Numbered from the stretch's first letter, positions 1-10,638 are shown. The stretch is DNA of 64,000 nucleotides from an uncultured Actinomycetes bacterium (GCA_963742735.1 CAVUMN010000004.1:352001-416000), one strand, 5' to 3'. Translations and numbers: made by a program. Notes: generated by a model not told the origin, from the letters alone.

Positions 1-667
1 GCAGGAGCTCGGCATCTACGTGCACATCTCCTCGTACTTGCTGCTCCAGTGGGTCGCCCCCCTGCTGTCGGAGTTCCCCGAGTTCTTCACGGTCATCTAC
101 TGGAGCCGACAGGCGCGGGTCGAGCAGGCGTTCATGAACATCGTCGCGGCGAAGATCAACCAGTGGACGTTGCTGATCGCGATGATCCCCCTGGTCTACG
201 CGATCACCCACGCGGTCAAGGGCCTCGGCGGGTTCACGATCGAGTTCGACTACCACCAGCGGGTGGAGATCCTCCTCACCGCGGTTCAGGGGCTCTTCGC
301 GGCCGTGTGCCTGTTCAAGTTCCGGTTCCTGCGGTGGGAGGCCTACGCCCTGCTGGGGCTGTGGGCCTTCCAGCTGTTCGACCCGCTGATCGATCCGTCG
401 TTGCAGTCGCTTCCCTCGATCTTCGGAGGATTCCTCGGTCGCGAGGCCGGCGGGGACGCCATCGTCGTCCGCGAGTACACCAGCGCGATCTTCGTCGCGC
501 TGATCGCGTTCGAGCTCATCCGGTACCGAAGCGAGAACCGGCTGTTCCGGCACTTCGGCGAGATGTGGCGGCGGTACGGGCCCGGCGGCTCGGATCGGGG
601 CGGACACGGGGCGGCGCTCGGCGACACGAGCGTGGAGGGATCGAAGCGCGTCGAGGGCGAGGGCTAG
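1..667 (+). CDS. Na+/Ca2+ (cation:H+) exchanger family membrane protein, 5'-truncated by window edge
   Basis: Hydrophobic ORF open from the window start, with alpha-repeat-like PLLSEFPEF and NIVAAKINQWTLL motifs of CaCA-type exchangers. Confidence 0.65.
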   Translation, partial: QELGIYVHISSYLLLQWVAPLLSEFPEFFTVIYWSRQARVEQAFMNIVAAKINQWTLLIAMIPLVYAITHAVKGLGGFTIEFDYHQRVEILLTAVQGLFAAVCLFKFRFLRWEAYALLGLWAFQLFDPLIDPSLQSLPSIFGGFLGREAGGDAIVVREYTSAIFVALIAFELIRYRSENRLFRHFGEMWRRYGPGGSDRGGHGAALGDTSVEGSKRVEGEG

Positions 668-677
668 CATCCCGGGT

Positions 678-2961
678 GTGGACCCCCGGGCGTTCCTCGA
701 TGAGCTGACCGCGGACCCGGCCGTCGAGCCGTCGCTGGTCCACGTCCGCGTCCTGCCCGCCCGCGACCCCGCGCCGGAGCCGATCCCGGACATCCCCGAG
801 CTCCTCGCCGACCGGTTGGAGCTCCTGGGGATCACCGGGCTGTACCCGCACCAGCGCGCGGCGCTCGAGGTCCTGGACCGGGGCGACAACGTCGTGATGG
901 CCACGGGGACGGCGAGCGGGAAGACCCTCGTCTACAACCTGGCGTTCGCGAAGGCGGCGCTGCACGACCGCCGGGCGACGGCGCTGTACCTGTTCCCGAC
1001 GAAGGCGCTGGCCCGCGACCAGCTCCGCCAGGTCCGCGAGCTGAAGCTCCCCCAGGTGCGGGCCGCGGTCTACGACGGCGACACGCCCAGGCCGAACGCC
1101 CGCTGATCCGCCGCAACGCGAACCTGGTGATGACGAACCCGGACATGCTCCACGCGAGCATCCTGGCCGGCCACGCGCGGTGGGCGGACTTCCTCCTGCG
1201 GCTGTCGCTGGTGGTGGTCGACGAGGCGCACGTCGCTCGCGGCGTGTTCGGCTCGCACGTGGCGATGGTCCTGCGGCGGCTGCGCCGGCTGATCGCCCAC
1301 TACGGGGGCGCCCCGCGCTTCTGTCTTGCCAGCGCGACGATCGGCAACCCCTCCGAGCTGGCCGAGCGGCTGACCGGGCTCGAGTTCGAGGCGGTCGATC
1401 GACGACGCCTCGCCCCGCGGCGAGCGCCTGTTCGCCCTGTGGAACCCGCCGATCATCGACGAGGAGCTCGGCCTGCGGCGCAGCGTGATCGGCGAGGCGT
1501 CCTTCCTGCTCGAGCGGCTGGTCGACCGCGGGATCCGCACGATCGCCTTCGCCCGGACGCCGCGCGCGGCGCCGAGGTCATCGCCGACATCACCCGCAAG
1601 GCGCTGCCCGCGGCGACGAAGCGCGCGGGTCAAGGCGTACCGGGCCGGCTACCTGCCCGAGGAACGGCGCGCGCTCGAGCGGGCGCTGTCGAGGGGGGAG
1701 CTGCTCGCGGTCGCCGCGACCAACGCGCTGGAGCTCGGCATCGACGTGGGGGCGCTGGACGCGGCGCTGCTCGCCGGCTACCCGGGCACGCGGGCGTCGA
1801 TGTGGCAGCAGGCCGGCCGCGCGGGGCGGCGCGGGCGAGGGCGCGCTGGCCGTCCTGATCGCCCAGGACGACCCGCTCGACCAGTACCTGGTCCATCACC
1901 CGGAGGACCTGTTCGACCGCCCGCCGGAGGCCGCGGTGGTCGACCCCACGAACCCGTACGTGGCGAAGCCCCACCTGATGGCCGCGGCCCGCGAGCAGCC
2001 GCTCGACCGCCGAGGAGCTCGCGTTCTTCGGCGACACGGCCGGCCGCGTTCGCCGCGGAGCTGGTGACCGAGGGCCGCCTGGTCGAACGCCGCGGGCGGC
2101 TTCACCACCGCGGCCGGGAGTCCGCCGCACGCCGCGATCGACATCCGGTCGGCCTCGGGCGCGCTGTTCGCGATCGTCGACGAGGACACGGGCGCGCTGA
2201 TCGGCACCGTCGACGAGGCCCGCGCGTTCGCGCGGTCCACCCCGGCGCGATCTACCTTCACCAGGGCGAGCAGTACGAGGTTCGCGACCTCGACCTGCAG
2301 GGCAAGGTGGCGCTGGTGCGCTCGAGCCGAGGCCGATTGGTACACGCGGGTCCGAGACACGATCGACATCGACGTCCTCGGCACGATCGAGGGGACGATG
2401 CTCGGCACGGTGCGGGCGTCGTTCGGCGACGTGCGGGTCACCACCCAGGTCATCGGGTTCCAGCGGATCTCGACGATCACCCAGGACCCCATCGATCTGG
2501 TCGGGCTCGACCTGCCCGCCCAGACCCTGGTCACCCGGGCGCTGTGGTGGGCGATCCCCGACGCCGTCCTGGACGCCGCCGAGGTGAAGCCGGCCGACGT
2601 CCCCGGCGCGGCGCACGCGGCGGAGCACGCCGCGATCGGGCTGCTCCCCCTGGTGGCCACGTGCGACCGGTGGGACGTCGGCGGCGTCTCCACCGCGTTG
2701 CACGAGGACATCGGATCGTGCGCGATCTTCATCTACGACGGGTACCCGGGCGGCGCCGGGATCGCCGAGCGCGGCTACCGCTCCGGGACCCGCCTCCTGG
2801 AGGCCACGCTGACTGCGGTCCGGGAGTGTCCGTGCCGTGACGGGTGTCCCGCGTGCGTGCAGTCGCCGAAGTGCGGCAACGGGAACGAGCCCCTGGACAA
2901 GCCGGGTGCGATCCGGCTGCTGGCCGCGATGCTCGGCCACGAGCAGAGCCGGGTGGCGTGA
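678..2961 (+). pseudogene. DEAD/DEAH-box helicase with C-terminal DUF1998 zinc-binding domain (Hrq1/YprA/SftH type), about 10 apparent frameshifts between 1090 and 2330, probably assembly errors
   Basis: Motifs recovered across frames: [69 protein letters not shown]-x2-GCPAC-x4-KC. Confidence 0.85.
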
Positions 2962-3437
2962 TGGCGGTCTACGTGGCGGTGTGCGGGCCGAACGACGCGA
3001 ACGCCGAGGAGCTCGCCTGGGCCGAGGCCGTCGGGCGAGAGCTGGCCCGCGCGGGAGCGGTCCTGCTGAACGGAGGCCTCGGCGGGGTAATGGAGGCCGC
3101 CGCCCGGGGCGCGACCGCGGAGGGCGGGACGTCGATCGGCATCCTGCCGGGGACCTCGCGTCGCGACGCGAACCCGCACCTCACCCTTTCGATCCCCACC
3201 GGCATGGGCGAGGCCCGCAACGCGCTGCTGGTTCGGGCCGCCGACGCCGTGATCGCGATCAGCGGGGAGTTCGGGACGCTGTCCGAGGTGGCGTTCGCGC
3301 TGAAGATCGGCGTCCCGGTGGTCGGCCTCCACACCTGGGAGCTGTCCAAGCGGGGAACGGCGGTGGACGCCTTCGAGCGGGCCGAGGACCCCGAGGACGC
3401 CGTAAGCCGCGCGCTCGTGGCGGCGAACCCGCGCTAG
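2961..3437 (+). CDS. TIGR00725 family LOG/SLOG protein
   Basis: GGLGGVMEAA, IGILPG, TGMGEARN and GEFGTLSE motifs; ATG overlaps the helicase stop (TGATG). Confidence 0.85.
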   Translation: MAVYVAVCGPNDANAEELAWAEAVGRELARAGAVLLNGGLGGVMEAAARGATAEGGTSIGILPGTSRRDANPHLTLSIPTGMGEARNALLVRAADAVIAISGEFGTLSEVAFALKIGVPVVGLHTWELSKRGTAVDAFERAEDPEDAVSRALVAANPR

Positions 3438-4405
3438 CCCTCCGGCGCGGTCTTCACGTACCGGCGCAGGAGCAGGGCCAGGATCGCCAGGACCAGCCCG
3501 CCGGCCATGAACAGCCAGCCGTTGCGGCCCTCGTCCGTGCCCGCCTCCAGAGGTCCGCCGGCGACGGGGCCGCCGGCGATCGGGGTCACCTCGGTGGCCG
3601 GGCCGTACGGCAGGCCCGGGCTGTACTGCCCGTCCGGGTCGTTGGGGTCGCCGCCAGACCCGAGCGCGTCCCCCTTCGCGACGCTGGCTTCCTGGGCTCC
3701 GCTGACCTTCGAGCCGACGGTCCCCGTCAGCGGGCTGGAACGAAGGGCACGGATCCGGAAGCAGTAGCGGCCGGCCGCCAGGCCCTCCTCGGCGTGGTTG
3801 GTCGCGAACGTGGTCGTGCGCAGCGTGTAGGCGTCACCGAACCCCGGACATCCCGAGCCGGCCTTCGAGGCCACGTACACCTCGTAGCCGGCGAAGTCGG
3901 AGCGGTCGGCGGTGGCCACCTCGTCCCACGCCGCGAACGCCCGCCCCGCGCCGCCCTGGACCTCCAGCCCCTCCGGCGCCGGCGGCGCGTTGCTGATGTC
4001 GAGGGCCAGGACGGCCGCGGCGTAGGTCTCCTCGTCGTTCGGGTCGTAGTCGCCGGCCGAGCCCCCCCAGGCCCGGACCCGGAGCCGGTAGGTCCCGTTC
4101 GGGATCCCGGTCGTGTCCAGCGCGGCCTCCCACGGACCGCCGGCCTCGAGCTGACCCATCGACGTAGCCCCGGGCTGGTCCCACGGCTGGCCGGGCTCGG
4201 TGAGGACGTAGGCCACGTCCGACGCGCCGCCCAGGCCGCTGACCTCCGCCACCACCCGCACCCTCCCGCGGACCAGCGCCACGCCGTCGTCCGCCTGCGG
4301 GTTCGTGATCTCCACCGCGTAGGGGGCGGCGCCGGCCGGGGACGCCGGCAGGATCGCGAGGACGGCGGCGAGCGCGAGGACGATCGGGGGGAGCGAGCGG
4401 CGCAT
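3434..4405 (-). CDS. Secreted protein with Ig-like and fibronectin type III domains and a C-terminal membrane anchor
   Basis: Signal peptide ending AGA; LDTTGIPNGTYRLRVRA (Ig-like); PPAPEGL...W...GYEVY...YCFRIRA (FN3); C-terminal TM followed by RR. Confidence 0.75.
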   Translation of the reverse strand: MRRSLPPIVLALAAVLAILPASPAGAAPYAVEITNPQADDGVALVRGRVRVVAEVSGLGGASDVAYVLTEPGQPWDQPGATSMGQLEAGGPWEAALDTTGIPNGTYRLRVRAWGGSAGDYDPNDEETYAAAVLALDISNAPPAPEGLEVQGGAGRAFAAWDEVATADRSDFAGYEVYVASKAGSGCPGFGDAYTLRTTTFATNHAEEGLAAGRYCFRIRALRSSPLTGTVGSKVSGAQEASVAKGDALGSGGDPNDPDGQYSPGLPYGPATEVTPIAGGPVAGGPLEAGTDEGRNGWLFMAGGLVLAILALLLRRYVKTAPEG

Positions 4406-4416
4406 GAGGATCGAGT

Positions 4417-5160
4417 CTAGCTACGGGTTCGGGGGGCGCGGCCCAGGTAGGCCGCAGAAAGCCGGCGATCGTCGCCGAGCTCCGTCGCTGGGCCCTGGGC
4501 GACGACCCGGCCGAGCTCCATGACGTAGGCCCGGTCCGACACGGCGAGCGCGGCCCGGGCGGCCTTCTCCACCAGCAGGATGGTCACGCCCTCCTCCCAC
4601 AGCCCGCGGACGGACGCGAACAGCTCGTGGACGAGCTTCGGGGCGAGCCCCGCCGACGCCTCGTCGAGCAGCAGCAAGCGGGGCCGCGACATGAGCCCGC
4701 GGGCGAGCAGCAGCTGGCGGCGCTCGCCGCCGGAGAGCGACCCGGCCGGGTTCGCCGCCCGGTCGGCCAGCGCCGGGAACCGGCCCAGGATGTCGTCGAG
4801 CATCCGGCGAACCCGGGGCCGGTCCCGCCGGTAGACGTGCGCGCCGACGAGCAACGAGTCCCGCACCGAGACGCTGCCGGCGATCTCACGGTCGGAGGGG
4901 ACGTGGACCAGCCCGCGGGCGACGAGCCGGTGCGGGGCGAGGCCCAGGATCTCCTCGCCCTCGAACCGCACGCTGCCGGTCGCGAACGGGATCAGGCCCG
5001 AGATCGCGCGCAGCAGGGTCGTCTTGCCCGCGCCGTTCGACCCCAGGACGCAGACCACCTCGTGCTCGGCGACGTCGATCGAGGCATCGCGGACGGCCGG
5101 CGCGTCTCGCCGGTAGCCGGCGGTGAGCCCGGAGACGGTGAGCAGGGGAAACCGCTTCAT
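4417..5160 (-). CDS. livF: Branched-chain amino acid-type ABC ATPase (LivF-like)
   Basis: GSNGAGKTT Walker A, LSGGE signature, LLLDE Walker B, AYLG terminus. Confidence 0.85.
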   Translation of the reverse strand: MKRFPLLTVSGLTAGYRRDAPAVRDASIDVAEHEVVCVLGSNGAGKTTLLRAISGLIPFATGSVRFEGEEILGLAPHRLVARGLVHVPSDREIAGSVSVRDSLLVGAHVYRRDRPRVRRMLDDILGRFPALADRAANPAGSLSGGERRQLLLARGLMSRPRLLLLDEASAGLAPKLVHELFASVRGLWEEGVTILLVEKAARAALAVSDRAYVMELGRVVAQGPATELGDDRRLSAAYLGRAPRTRS

Positions 5161-6863
5161 CCCAGGTAGGCCTCCTTCACGGCCGAGTCGCGGCGGATGG
5201 ACGCGGGCGAGCCGGAGGCGATCACGCGGCCGGCGTCCAGGACGGTGACCTGGTCGGCCAGCCGCATCACCATGTCCATGTGGTGCTCCACCAGGACGAC
5301 GGTCGCTCCGGCGTCGCGCAGGCCGCGCAGGAACCGTTCCAGCTCGTCGACCTCCCCCGACGCCAGTCCCGCCGCGGGCTCGTCCAGGAACACGACCCGG
5401 GGGTGGGCCATCAGGACGCGAGCCAGCTCGAGCCGCTTCGCCTCGCCGAGCGAGAGGGTCGCGGCCGGCGCGTCCTCGAGCCCGGCGAGACCGACCGAAG
5501 CCAGCAGCGCCGACGCCTCGGCCCGCAGCGCCAGCTCCCGATCGCGGTACGCCCCCAGCCCCGCGGCGACGAAGCGCTCGCCGGCCCGCGCCGACGCACC
5601 GACCAGCACGACCTCCAGGCACGCCAGGCCGGGGAACGCGTTCGCCTCCTGGAACGTCCTCGCGACGCCCGCCCGCCCCGCCGCCGCCGGCCCGCGGCGC
5701 AAGGGCAGCCCGTCCACGTACGCGCGCCCGGCGTCGGGCGAACGCACCCCGGTGCACGCGTCGACGAAGGTCGTCTTGCCCGAGCCGTTCGGTCCGACGA
5801 GCGCGTGGATCGTTCCGGCGGCGACGTCGAGCGAGACGTCCTCGGCCGCGGCGAGCCCCCCGAACCGGACCGTGACCCCCCGCGCGGCGAACGCCGCGCC
5901 CGGCTCGACCATCGGCGGCGCCTCCGCGAAGCGGGCCGCCTCGGTCCGGCCCGGGCGGCGGCGCGGCCGCAGGCCGGCCAGCCCCTCCGGCCGCAGGATG
6001 ACGAACGCCAGCGCCGCCATCCCGAAGACGACGAGCTCGTACCGGCCGAAGCCCGAAACGAGCGCGCGCGGCAGGAGCACCACCGCCGCCCCGACGGCCG
6101 GCCCGGCCGGCGACCGCGACCCCCCGATCACCATCATCACCAGCAGCAGCAACGAAAGCTGGAGGCCGAACGCGTCGGGCACCAGCAGCCCCTGGGAGTG
6201 CGCGTAGATCGCCCCGCCCGCCCCTGCACAGGCCGCCGAGAACCCGAACGCCGCCACCTTCACCCGGAACGGCTCGATCCCGGTCCCGGCCGCGGCCCGA
6301 TCGCCCTCCCGCACGGCCGCGGCCGCGCGCCCCGGGGCGGACGTGCGCAGCGACGACGCGAAGAGCACCGCCGCCGCCAGCGCGACCCCGCCCAGCAGCG
6401 CCACCCCGAGCCCGCCCAGCTCGTGACCGAAGAACGACGGTGGCGGCACCCCGGGCAGGCCGGCGAACCCCCCGGTCATGTCCGGGAACTGCCCCTCCAG
6501 CTGGTACGCGATGTAGGCGAAGCCCAGGGTGGCCAGGGCCAGGTACTGCCCGCCGACCCGCAGCGACGGGGCCGCGAACGCGAGCCCCACCAGGACGGCC
6601 GCGGCGATCCCGACCAGGGCGGCCAGCCAGAACGGCCACCCCCCGCGCATCACCAGCAGCGCCGAGGTGTACGCGCCCGCCGACATCAGCGCCCCGTGCC
6701 CGAGCGACAGCTGCCCCGTGATGCCGGACACGGACCCGAGCCCCGTCGCCGCCAGGGCCAGCGCCGCGACCTCCGCCAGCGTGTACCGGGCCACGACGTC
6801 GGTCAGGACGAACGGTGCCAGCACCGCGGCCGCCGCGACCACCACGGGTGCCCGCGCCCTCAT
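5157..6863 (-). CDS. Fused LivM-like permease and LivG-like ATPase
   Basis: GQLSLGHGA and YLALATLGF permease motifs, then GPNGSGKTT, FLDEPAAGL, VEHHM. Confidence 0.85.
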   Translation of the reverse strand: MRARAPVVVAAAAVLAPFVLTDVVARYTLAEVAALALAATGLGSVSGITGQLSLGHGALMSAGAYTSALLVMRGGWPFWLAALVGIAAAVLVGLAFAAPSLRVGGQYLALATLGFAYIAYQLEGQFPDMTGGFAGLPGVPPPSFFGHELGGLGVALLGGVALAAAVLFASSLRTSAPGRAAAAVREGDRAAAGTGIEPFRVKVAAFGFSAACAGAGGAIYAHSQGLLVPDAFGLQLSLLLLVMMVIGGSRSPAGPAVGAAVVLLPRALVSGFGRYELVVFGMAALAFVILRPEGLAGLRPRRRPGRTEAARFAEAPPMVEPGAAFAARGVTVRFGGLAAAEDVSLDVAAGTIHALVGPNGSGKTTFVDACTGVRSPDAGRAYVDGLPLRRGPAAAGRAGVARTFQEANAFPGLACLEVVLVGASARAGERFVAAGLGAYRDRELALRAEASALLASVGLAGLEDAPAATLSLGEAKRLELARVLMAHPRVVFLDEPAAGLASGEVDELERFLRGLRDAGATVVLVEHHMDMVMRLADQVTVLDAGRVIASGSPASIRRDSAVKEAYLG

Positions 6864-7744
6864 CGCCCCGTCTCCCGCCGCCCGGCGATGCCCTGCGGGG
6901 CCAGGACCAGCACCCCGATGGCCAGCGCGAACACGATCGCGTCCACGCCCCCCGCCGACAGGTCCGGGAAGCTCACGAGCAGCAGGCTCTCGAGGACGCC
7001 GACCAGCAGCCCACCGGCCAGCGCGCCGGTTCCGCTCCCCAGGCCGCCGATCGTCGCCGCGACGAACCCCTTGAACGTGAACAGGAACCCGAGCTGCGTC
7101 GAGACGAAGGTCAGCGGCGCGAAGACCAGCCCGGCCACCGCACCGGTCGTCGAGGCCAGCACGAACGTGAGCAGTCGGACCCTCGGCACGTTGACGCCGG
7201 CGAGCGAGGCGGAGTCCGGGCTCTCCGCGATCGTGCGTACGGCCCGGCCGAACGCCGTTCGCTTGAGCGTCACGTGCAGGCCGGCCGCGAGCGCCACCGC
7301 CAGCGCCAGGACGTAGAGGTACGAGGCCCGGAACGCGACCGAGCCGAGGCGCACCACGTCCTCGCCCCCCAGCGAGACCGGCAAGGGGTACGCCCGGTCC
7401 CCGAACAGGAGCGTCGCCCCGCCCCGCAGGACGGCCGCGAACAGGACGAGCGCCAGGAACCACGACAGCGGATCGCGGCGCCCGGCCAGCGGGGCCAGGA
7501 CCACCCGCTCCAGCAGCGCGCCGAGCACCGCGGCCGCGGCCACGCCCAGGACCAGCGACTCCCACGCCGGCATCCCGTACAGCAGCCCGGTGAGCGAGAC
7601 GAACACCGCGGTCATCACGACGTCGCCGTGGGCCAGGTTCACGGTGCGGGTCACCGCGTAGACCAGCGTGATCCCGTACGCCACGAGCGCGTAGACCCCA
7701 CCGGTCCCCAGCCCGGCCACCAGCGCCTGCGCGAACTTGGCCAT
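6860..7744 (-). CDS. livH: LivH-like ABC permease
   Basis: GGVYALVAYG, VNLAHG, FGRAVR and KGFVAATIGG motifs. Confidence 0.85.
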   Translation of the reverse strand: MAKFAQALVAGLGTGGVYALVAYGITLVYAVTRTVNLAHGDVVMTAVFVSLTGLLYGMPAWESLVLGVAAAAVLGALLERVVLAPLAGRRDPLSWFLALVLFAAVLRGGATLLFGDRAYPLPVSLGGEDVVRLGSVAFRASYLYVLALAVALAAGLHVTLKRTAFGRAVRTIAESPDSASLAGVNVPRVRLLTFVLASTTGAVAGLVFAPLTFVSTQLGFLFTFKGFVAATIGGLGSGTGALAGGLLVGVLESLLLVSFPDLSAGGVDAIVFALAIGVLVLAPQGIAGRRETGR

Positions 7745-9082
7745 CTACAGCGCCCCGGGAGGCGGACGCGGAGGCCGGTACGCGCGGAAGAAGTTCACGT
7801 TCTCGGGGTCGGTCAGGACCTGCTCCACGATGCGCTGCTGGATGCGCTGACCCCGCGGCGAGCGAAGGAAGTCCTGGGGGATGTAGTACGCGCTGACCTG
7901 GACCTTGTAGAACGCGATCTCCCTCGTCCGGTCGGAGCGCGGGTCGGCGTCGTAGAGGAACGCGAAGTTCGACAGCCGCGCCATCCACAACGACCCGGCG
8001 TCGAACGCCTCGTGATCCTCTGGTGTGAACGCGTAGTCGGCGAAGACGCCCGTCACCGAGGTGCCGTCCTCCAGGGCGGCCAGGACGTCCTCCGCGTCGC
8101 GGGACTCCGCGCGGCGGACGGCCTCGGCCACGACCTTCACCGCGTCGTACGCGAGCATGTCCAGGTACGACAGCGCCGGGATCAACGTCAGCCGCTTCGG
8201 GATCGTCAGGACCCCGTACGCCTCCGAGTAGTCCAGGAACCACTCGACCAGCGCGGGGGTGAACCAGGTCTCGCGGCGAGGGAGGACGAACGCGGAGTTG
8301 TCGGTGGCGACCCCCGCCAGCGAACGGTAGTCGGGGTCGAACAGCGTCATCGGGCCCGCGATCTGGACGCCCCAGTCCGCGTCGCGAATCGCCCGGAGGA
8401 ACCGCGCGGCGTCGTCGGGACCAGCCCAGACCACCACGGCGTCAGGGCGGTCCTCGCGCAGCAGCGAGACACCGGGTGAGGGGTCCGGGAGCCCGGGGGC
8501 GAAGTGGTGCACCGCGACCGGGGGGCTGCCGGCGTCCCGCAGCGCCGCCTCGAACGCGTCCGCGCCCATCCTCGTCTGCGGCTCGTCGGCCGCGACCATG
8601 GCGACGCGCTCGAAACGGCGTATCTCCACCAGCCAGCGGGCCAGCGCCGCGGCCTGGTCGGTCGCCGAGGGCGACAGCCGGAACACGCGCTCCCCCAGCT
8701 CGCCCTCGGGGACGATCGAGAGGTACGGCGTCTGCACCTCGCGCAGGGGACCGGTCGGGTCGGCGACCGCGGCCAGGTTCTCCGGCCCGAGGATCGCGCT
8801 CGCCTCCTCGCCCAGGGCGAGCTCGCGGAGGATCCCGGGGAGCCGGGCCGCGTCCGCGTCGTCGCGGTACTCGATCCGGATCCGCGTGCCGGCCACGCCG
8901 CCGGTCTCGTTCAGGTCCTTCGCGGCGAGCTCGGCCCCGCGGCGCATCGCGTTGCCAACCTCGGACTGCGGGCCGGAGGACGGCCCGACGACGCCGATCA
9001 CGATCTGGTCGCCCTCGCCCGTGCAACCGGCCGTCGCCGCGGCGATCAGGACGCTCAACAGGACCGAGAGCGGCCGCCGCAC
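7745..9082 (-). CDS. LivK-like (periplasmic binding protein type I) lipoprotein
   Basis: Lipobox TAGC; IGVVGPSSG...GAELA...N..GG; AYDAV; C-terminal extension. Confidence 0.8.
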   Translation of the reverse strand: MRRPLSVLLSVLIAAATAGCTGEGDQIVIGVVGPSSGPQSEVGNAMRRGAELAAKDLNETGGVAGTRIRIEYRDDADAARLPGILRELALGEEASAILGPENLAAVADPTGPLREVQTPYLSIVPEGELGERVFRLSPSATDQAAALARWLVEIRRFERVAMVAADEPQTRMGADAFEAALRDAGSPPVAVHHFAPGLPDPSPGVSLLREDRPDAVVVWAGPDDAARFLRAIRDADWGVQIAGPMTLFDPDYRSLAGVATDNSAFVLPRRETWFTPALVEWFLDYSEAYGVLTIPKRLTLIPALSYLDMLAYDAVKVVAEAVRRAESRDAEDVLAALEDGTSVTGVFADYAFTPEDHEAFDAGSLWMARLSNFAFLYDADPRSDRTREIAFYKVQVSAYYIPQDFLRSPRGQRIQQRIVEQVLTDPENVNFFRAYRPPRPPPGAL

Positions 9083-9085
9083 GCC

Positions 9086-10633
9086 TCAGCCCTCGGCGCG
9101 CCCGCGGAGGCCCGCCAGCGCCCGCCGGACCGCCGCCCGCTCCGCCGGTGCGAGCCCCACCGCCACCAGGACGACCGCGTACACGACGACGCCGACCCCG
9201 GCGCTCACGCTCAGGTCCAGACCCCACGGCGCGAACCCCGAGAGCCACGCGTGCACCGCGGCCATGGCCCCGGCGCCGGCCGCGGCGGGGACGGCCAGCC
9301 GCAGGTAGTGGCGGTTGAACGGCTGCACGCCGACGAACCGCCACACCAACCACACGCGCAGCGCGTTGGAGGCCGCGAGCGTCACGGCCTGGGCGACGGC
9401 CGCGCCGATCAGCCCGTGGCCGGGGATCAGCCACAGGCACAGCAGGAGATCCACGGCGATCGAGGCCGTGTACACCAGGGCGTCCCACCCGGTCCGCCCC
9501 ACCATGACCATGACGAAGCCGACGCTGCCCACCAGCACGTTGACGGTCTGCCCGGCCAGCAGGATGAGCAGCCCGGTCTGCGCCCGGGGTGTCGAGAAGT
9601 CCCCGCCGAACAGGCGAAGGACCGGCTCGGGCATGACCAGCAGCACCAGGATCACCGGCAGGGTCAGGGCGAACGTCGAGCGCGTCAGCAGCTGGAACAG
9701 CCGCCCGAGACGCTCCTTCTCGCCCCGCGCGTACAGGTCGGCCACGAACGGGCTGAACACGAGCGCCACCGAGGTGAGGAACACCACCACCAGCAACGAG
9801 ACTCGGGACGCCGCCGCGTAGACGCCGGTCTCGACGCCGGCCTCGTCGTAGGCCTTCAGGACGAACACGTCGAGCACGAACAGCAGTTGTGCGAACAGGG
9901 CGGCCGGCGCACGGGGAGCGCCGAATCGGAGGAGGCGCACCGTCTCCCCCTGCGGGAGCGGAGCGCGACCCAACCCGTCGGTCCTGCGGCACCACGCGAA
10001 GTACGCCGCCGCGGTGGCAAAGATCCACGACCCGGAGTAGGCCGCGGCGCCGATGTCGGCCGAGCGATGCAGCCAGAACCCGGCGAGGATGAGGACGATC
10101 CACGCCAGCGGCTGCCCCGCCCAGTACACGAGCAGGGTGGGTGTCATGGTCTTCAGCCCTCGGGTACCCCCCAGGTAGACCTGGGCCAGCGCGACGAAGG
10201 GAAGGCCGATGGCGGCGGCCCGGAACGCGTCGGCGGCGATCGCCGAGCTCGTCAGCGCGTCCGCGAGCACCCAGACGCCCGCGGCCACGACCAGGCTCGC
10301 CACGCCCGCGATCGTGGCGGCTCGGTCCACGATCGCCCGCGCACGGGCGGGCTCGCCCGCTCCCGCGGCGATGGCGACCTCACGTACCGCCGCCATGTCC
10401 ATGCCGAACCGCGTGAACGCCGCCCCGACGAATGCCACCTGCGTCGCCACGTAGACCACGCCGTACCCGCGGCTTCCCAGGGCCTGGGCCAGTAGCACCT
10501 GCGACCCGAACGTCGCGAGGACGGCGATGACCAGCCCGGCGACGTTCAGCCCGGCGCCGGACAGGATCGTCAGCTCGTCGGCTCGATCAGCGGGGATGAC
10601 GGACTGCAGGACGCCGGCCAGGCGGCGTCGCAC
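9086..10633 (-). CDS. Wzx/MOP-family oligosaccharide flippase
   Basis: LAQALGSRGYG, multi-TM, TGVYAAASR, LIPGHGLIGAAVA; GTG start just after the upstream stop. Confidence 0.8.
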   Translation of the reverse strand: MRRRLAGVLQSVIPADRADELTILSGAGLNVAGLVIAVLATFGSQVLLAQALGSRGYGVVYVATQVAFVGAAFTRFGMDMAAVREVAIAAGAGEPARARAIVDRAATIAGVASLVVAAGVWVLADALTSSAIAADAFRAAAIGLPFVALAQVYLGGTRGLKTMTPTLLVYWAGQPLAWIVLILAGFWLHRSADIGAAAYSGSWIFATAAAYFAWCRRTDGLGRAPLPQGETVRLLRFGAPRAPAALFAQLLFVLDVFVLKAYDEAGVETGVYAAASRVSLLVVVFLTSVALVFSPFVADLYARGEKERLGRLFQLLTRSTFALTLPVILVLLVMPEPVLRLFGGDFSTPRAQTGLLILLAGQTVNVLVGSVGFVMVMVGRTGWDALVYTASIAVDLLLCLWLIPGHGLIGAAVAQAVTLAASNALRVWLVWRFVGVQPFNRHYLRLAVPAAAGAGAMAAVHAWLSGFAPWGLDLSVSAGVGVVVYAVVLVAVGLAPAERAAVRRALAGLRGRAEG

Positions 10634-10638
10634 CCTCG

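Noticed and set aside
678-2961. Helicase as a DISARM/Druantia defence component, or as programmed frameshifting
   Set aside because: Architecture fits the housekeeping Hrq1/YprA/SftH type, no defence partners nearby, and about 10 shifts is implausible for recoding
4417-8243. 740-aa and 1028-aa ORF calls suggesting giant ABC fusions
   Set aside because: Their N-terminal parts are off-frame readings of upstream genes; the real starts are 5160 and 6863
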